The position numbers and the translations under genes were made by a program. From Bacillales bacterium UBA3206 (GTDB lineage Bacteria; Bacillota_I; Bacilli_A; Acholeplasmatales; Anaeroplasmataceae), in assembly GCA_002363705.1 (NCBI GenBank), contig DEWQ01000011.1, forward strand, positions 154,168 through 218,167: DNA of 64,000 bases, written 5' to 3'. Below, in pieces: positions 60,462-64,000 of the stretch. Within the stretch, counting starts at the first letter, position 1; the number at the start of each line of letters is the position of its first letter. The notes under the pieces were generated by a model. That model made no database searches, had not been told where the DNA came from, and was given only the letters and a program-made list of their open reading frames with translations.

Positions 60462-61922
60462 TTAGTTTTCTTTAATTAATCCACGAGCAATTAGCTCATC
60501 TAATGATTCATATTGGAAATGATAATCATCATATCTATCTTCACCAGGCATGATATTATGAGTTTCAGCTAAATCTCCAATTAAATCATACATTTGATCC
60601 TCATCATTCATATTGTTGATTTCAGCTAAAACCTTAGTTCCTGAATATGCTGGATCCTTTACAATTTTAACATTATATGTTGAATCCTCATACTCTTCAG
60701 GGTCTAGACCTAGATATACCTGTAATGTTTTTCCTTCTATATTTAATCTTGCGACTGGTTTTCCCTTATATGTGAACAAATCATATTCCCACATAACCTT
60801 AGATTTAACACCATCGTTAGATAATAATAGATTCTTTACATCTGTATAGAAATCTTGAATATTAGAATCTGCCTGAATTAGTTTAGCCTGGAAGCTATAG
60901 TCATAATATCCTGACTGTGCCATATATGCCTCAAGCTCTTCATCTGATATATCATCATTATCATCATCTAAATATGATTGCTTTGAAGATCTATTCTTTT
61001 CCTCGAAAACATTTGAAGGATCCCTATCATATGAAACCTTCTTACCAGGATTTAAGAATCTTTCAAGCTCTTGATCATATCTTGAATCATCATCCTCATC
61101 AAATGATGATTTTCTCTTTTTAGGCTTAGGAGCTTCCTCAGCTGGCTCTTCATCACCAAAATCAATATCATCAAAGTCCATATTTACAAGCTCTTCGTCT
61201 GTAAGCTCATCTAGCTTTTTCTTCTTTTTAGGAGTAGGATTAGCCTCCTCTAAATCATCATTAGTCTTAGAAAGCTTGCTTTCATATTCTAAATCCTGCT
61301 TAAGCTCATTTTCAAGCTCTCTATCATTCTTTTTGATAGGCTCTTCCTTTTTATTAGGCTTAGCATGCTCCTCTTGCATATCATCAGAAATATCATCTAA
61401 ATCTAAATCATCTAAATCTAGATTCTCTAAATCTTTATCTGAAAGGTTATCTAGCTTCTTTGCTGGCTTCTTAGGGGCAACCTTAGGCTCAGGCTTGTGA
61501 GGAACAACAGGCTTTCTAGGAGCAACAGGAGCTGGCTTAACCTCTGGCTTCTTTGGTATTACCTTCTTAGGCTCCTCTTTCTTCTTATCCTCTTGCATAT
61601 CATCAGATAGGTCATCTAAATCTAAATCGTCTAAATCTAAGTTCTCTAAATCCTTATCTGATAGGTTATCAAGCTTCTTTGCTGGCTTCTTAAGGGAAGG
61701 TGCAGGTGCTTGCTTAGAATGCTGTTCAGGATTCTTCTTAGGAAGTGGTCTATGCTCTGCATTTAATCTAATTGAAAACATATCATCTATAACAGCAATT
61801 TTACCTAGTGTTATATCAATATTATATTTATTAGAAAGCTCTTTTAATGAAGCATCTAAATCTTTTTTGAATTGCTTTAATTCCTCTGCATTAAACTTCA
61901 TTATTATCTCTCTCCTTTTCAT
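60462..61922 (-). CDS. Hypothetical acidic protein with duplicated 'PAKKLDNLSDKDLENLDLDDLDLDD' module and conserved C-terminal domain
   Basis: It contains a ~110-bp near-identical tandem duplication at nucleotide level (61376-61486 and 61596-61705) and has no TM. Confidence 0.5.
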   Translation of the reverse strand: MKRREIIMKFNAEELKQFKKDLDASLKELSNKYNIDITLGKIAVIDDMFSIRLNAEHRPLPKKNPEQHSKQAPAPSLKKPAKKLDNLSDKDLENLDLDDLDLDDLSDDMQEDKKKEEPKKVIPKKPEVKPAPVAPRKPVVPHKPEPKVAPKKPAKKLDNLSDKDLENLDLDDLDLDDISDDMQEEHAKPNKKEEPIKKNDRELENELKQDLEYESKLSKTNDDLEEANPTPKKKKKLDELTDEELVNMDFDDIDFGDEEPAEEAPKPKKRKSSFDEDDDSRYDQELERFLNPGKKVSYDRDPSNVFEEKNRSSKQSYLDDDNDDISDEELEAYMAQSGYYDYSFQAKLIQADSNIQDFYTDVKNLLLSNDGVKSKVMWEYDLFTYKGKPVARLNIEGKTLQVYLGLDPEEYEDSTYNVKIVKDPAYSGTKVLAEINNMNDEDQMYDLIGDLAETHNIMPGEDRYDDYHFQYESLDELIARGLIKEN

Positions 61923-62763
61923 CTTTAATCATATCATCAATTATATCATCTATATCATTGTCAATTGTTTTAGATGCCTCTTCATTTAAAATCCTAATCC
62001 ATTTGTTAATTTTAGAAATGACAAGGTCCAAAATTAATATGAAAAGGACAAGTATAAGCATAATTATAGAGACTCTTGATGCAATGTATTCCATTGATTT
62101 ATCGAAATCAACTACTACCATTAATATTATTATACCAATAAATAGGCAAATTGGTATATAGTAAATTCTTAAATTTTTGTCATAAATTGAATTTTTTTTG
62201 TAAGTTTGCGTAGTCTTAACATCATTTTTTCGTTTTACATAAAACTTTTTTATTAAAGTTTCCTCTAAAAAATCTATAAGAACGAAAAATACTCCACATC
62301 CACATACAATCATTACAATAGGTAAAATAACATCATGAAATAGTGTCGCATTAAAATCTACTATACCTATAATAAGAACAAATGCTGATAGGAGGTATAA
62401 GAAAAAATTAATAAGACGAAATCTCTTTAATCTTTTGTATTGATATTCTCTCATACCCTTAGATTCATAAAGTGGATCTATCTTATATACATTATACGAT
62501 TCATTAGCACATGCCTTTCTTTTATTTAAGGATCTAACCCATGAATATCTATATTTTCTAGAAATAATAATTTCAATTATCTTACCATATATTAAAACAA
62601 ACAATAGTGATAAAAATATTGGTATAATCTTACCCCAAAACAAGCTATTTGAATCAATTAGCAATATTATAGTCACACAAAGTCCAAATATGAAAAAGCA
62701 TGCTATTAAATTTAATATTTGAAAGCTCCTACCATATTCCTTTTTATCCATAAAAACCACCAT
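61891..62763 (-). CDS. Hypothetical polytopic membrane protein
   Basis: It has about six predicted TM helices and an acidic C-terminal tail 'DDIIDDMIKDEKERDNNEV'. Confidence 0.5.
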   Translation of the reverse strand: MVVFMDKKEYGRSFQILNLIACFFIFGLCVTIILLIDSNSLFWGKIIPIFLSLLFVLIYGKIIEIIISRKYRYSWVRSLNKRKACANESYNVYKIDPLYESKGMREYQYKRLKRFRLINFFLYLLSAFVLIIGIVDFNATLFHDVILPIVMIVCGCGVFFVLIDFLEETLIKKFYVKRKNDVKTTQTYKKNSIYDKNLRIYYIPICLFIGIIILMVVVDFDKSMEYIASRVSIIMLILVLFILILDLVISKINKWIRILNEEASKTIDNDIDDIIDDMIKDEKERDNNEV

Positions 62764-62857
62764 TCTTAATTCTATAATAACACTTTTAAGGATAAAAAAC
62801 TATATGATTGAAAATAAAAAAAAACATCTTATTGATGTCTTGATTTTAATTAATAAG

Positions 62858-62934
62858 TGGCGGTCCGGACGAGACTCGAACTCGCGACCTCCTGCGTGAC
62901 AGGCAGGCATTCTAACCAACTGAACTACCGGACC
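62858..62934 (-). tRNA. tRNA-Asp (GUC)
   Basis: Manual fold gives anticodon loop cugucac, with CCA encoded. Confidence 0.85.
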
Positions 62935-62947
62935 ATATTAATTTAAT

Positions 62948-63024
62948 TGGTTGCGGAGACAGGATTTGAACCTGCGACCTCCGGGTTATGAGCCCGGCGA
63001 GCTACCAGACTGCTCCACCCCGCG
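62948..63024 (-). tRNA. tRNA-fMet initiator (CAU)
   Basis: It has a C1:A72 mismatch and three G:C pairs in the anticodon stem (gggcucauaaccc). Confidence 0.85.
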
Positions 63025-63055
63025 ATGTAGTAAATAAAAACTTAATCACAAAAAG

Positions 63056-63131
63056 TGGTGGTCCAGGCGGGGATCGAACCCGCGACACCAGGATTTTCAG
63101 TCCTGTGCTCTACCGACTGAGCTACCGAACC
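63056..63131 (-). tRNA. tRNA-Phe (GAA)
   Basis: Anticodon loop cugaaaa. Confidence 0.85.
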
Positions 63132-63136
63132 ATAAG

Positions 63137-63227
63137 TGGCGGAGAAAGAGGGATTTGAACCCCCGCGGAGCTTTCGCCCCCTGTCGGTTTTCAAGACCGA
63201 TCCCTTCAGCCTCTTGGGTATTTCTCC
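63137..63227 (-). tRNA. tRNA-Ser (UGA), type II long variable arm
   Basis: The 91-nt sequence has anticodon loop cuugaaa and closely resembles Bacillus tRNA-Ser(UGA). Confidence 0.8.
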
Positions 63228-63270
63228 ATTATATTAGCTGCGATAAGTTAATATTTAATTTAAGTAAAAC

Positions 63271-63347
63271 TGGTGGACCCAGTAGGACTCGAACCTACGA
63301 CCGACCGGTTATGAGCCGGTAGCTCTAACCAACTGAGCTATGGGTCC
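63271..63347 (-). tRNA. tRNA-Ile2 (CAU, lysidine-type; alternatively elongator Met)
   Basis: Anticodon CAU. The body GGACCCAUAGCUCAGUUGGUUAGAGC... closely resembles Bacillus tRNA-Ile(LAU). Confidence 0.7.
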
Positions 63348-63359
63348 AAAGCATAAAGT

Positions 63360-63436
63360 TGGTAGCGGCGGAGGGATTCGAACCCCCGACCTAACGGGTA
63401 TGAACCGTTTGCTCTAGCCAGCTGAGCCACACCGCC
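63360..63436 (-). tRNA. tRNA-Met elongator (CAU)
   Basis: The body GGCGGUGUAGCUCAGCUGGCUAGAGC with anticodon CAU matches Bacillus elongator Met. Confidence 0.8.
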
Positions 63437-63484
63437 ATATGAATCTCTAATACTTACACTATTTTATTTAATTCACCAAATTAA

Positions 63485-63560
63485 TTGGTGGAGCTTAGCG
63501 GGATCGAACCGCTGACCTCCTGCGTGCAAAACAGGCGCTCTCCCAGCTGAGCTAAAACCC
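63485..63560 (-). tRNA. tRNA-Ala (UGC)
   Basis: It has the G3:U70 identity pair and anticodon UGC. Confidence 0.85.
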
Positions 63561-63571
63561 CTAATAAATAA

Positions 63572-63660
63572 GTGGTACCTCGGGTCGGAGTCGAACCGAC
63601 ACGGATTATTAGTCCATTGGATTTTAAGTCCAACGTGTCTACCTATTCCACCACCGAGGC
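63572..63660 (-). tRNA. tRNA-Leu (UAA), type II
   Basis: The 89-nt sequence has anticodon loop cuuaaaa. Confidence 0.8.
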
Positions 63661-63669
63661 AGATAGTAA

Positions 63670-63745
63670 GTGGTGTCCCGTAGCGAATTCGAATCGCTGA
63701 CCCCTTGATTAAAAGTCAAGTGCTCTACCGGCTGAGCTAACGGGA
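63670..63745 (-). tRNA. tRNA-Lys (UUU)
   Basis: Anticodon loop cuuuuaa. Confidence 0.85.
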
Positions 63746-63755
63746 CATAAATTAA

Positions 63756-63831
63756 GTGGTGCCGACAAAAGGAATCGAACCCTCAACCTACTGATTACAA
63801 GTCAGTTGCTCTGCCAATTGAGCTATGTCGG
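63756..63831 (-). tRNA. tRNA-Thr (UGU)
   Basis: Anticodon loop cuuguaa. Confidence 0.85.
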
Positions 63832-63881
63832 CATACCAATTAAATGATTCTGCTATGAGAAGCCTTTTAATTATTTATAAA

Positions 63882-63957
63882 TGGTGGAGGTTAACGGGCT
63901 CGAACCGCTGACCCTCTGCTTGTAAGGCAGATGCTCTCCCAACTGAGCTAAACCTCC
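63882..63957 (-). tRNA. tRNA-Val (UAC)
   Basis: Anticodon loop cuuacaa. Confidence 0.85.
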
Positions 63958-63975
63958 ATATAAAAAGAAAGAAGG

Positions 63976-64000
63976 GCCTGGCAACGTCCTACTCTTGCAC
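63976..64000 (-). rRNA. rrf: 5S rRNA, 3' end only (gene continues beyond window)
   Basis: gcctggcaacgtcctactcttgc is the reverse complement of the conserved 5S 3' end (...GAGAGUAGGACG..GCCAGGC). Confidence 0.6.

Overview
This 64 kb window looks like a chromosomal segment from a low-GC Firmicutes-type genome (Bacilli/Erysipelotrichia-like), with almost all genes on the minus strand.

**Layout**
- 1-11.9 kb: an integrative mobile region abutting the 3' end of rplM-rpsI. It has three parts.
  - A partial IME/ICE-like module: SNF2 helicase, Dcm methyltransferase, ImmA/ImmR-like pair, excisionase, tyrosine integrase, MOBP-like relaxase with an RHH accessory gene, a tandem-HTH protein and a Rep-like unknown.
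  - A second tyrosine integrase bracketed by perfect 29-bp direct repeats.
  - A class-II Fic (AMPylase) module bracketed by imperfect ~52-bp direct repeats.
- 12.0-12.9 kb: rpsI and rplM with a consensus promoter and terminator.
- 13.0-24.1 kb: the most unusual locus. A translationally coupled operon encodes an ER-type (SipW-like) signal peptidase, a membrane-anchored McrB/AAA_5-like NTPase, an 884-aa protein with a ~400-aa E/R/K/A-rich single-alpha-helix-like tail carrying five LLRRRREAIR repeats, and a second SipW-like peptidase. An IS3-family element separates it from three paralogous TasA/camelysin-like secreted proteins that share a C-terminal W-x-E/D-G-x-D-A/P-D-C motif. Two degenerate-GGDEF/EAL c-di-GMP proteins follow.
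- 28.6-37.9 kb: housekeeping genes metG, rsmI, a YabB-like methyltransferase, ricT, holB and tmk, then truA-ecfT-ecfA2-ecfA1.
- 38.1-41.5 kb: a 1156-aa repeat-rich surface protein inserted next to rplQ.
- 41.7-55.7 kb: the alpha, spc and S10 ribosomal-protein operons (rplQ through rpsJ), with no map gene between adk and infA.
- 55.9-62.8 kb: flotillin, a short PtsI-like enzyme, metA behind a T-box leader, and two hypothetical proteins.
- 62.9-64.0 kb: an 11-tRNA cluster on the minus strand and the 3' end of a 5S rRNA.

No CRISPR array was seen.
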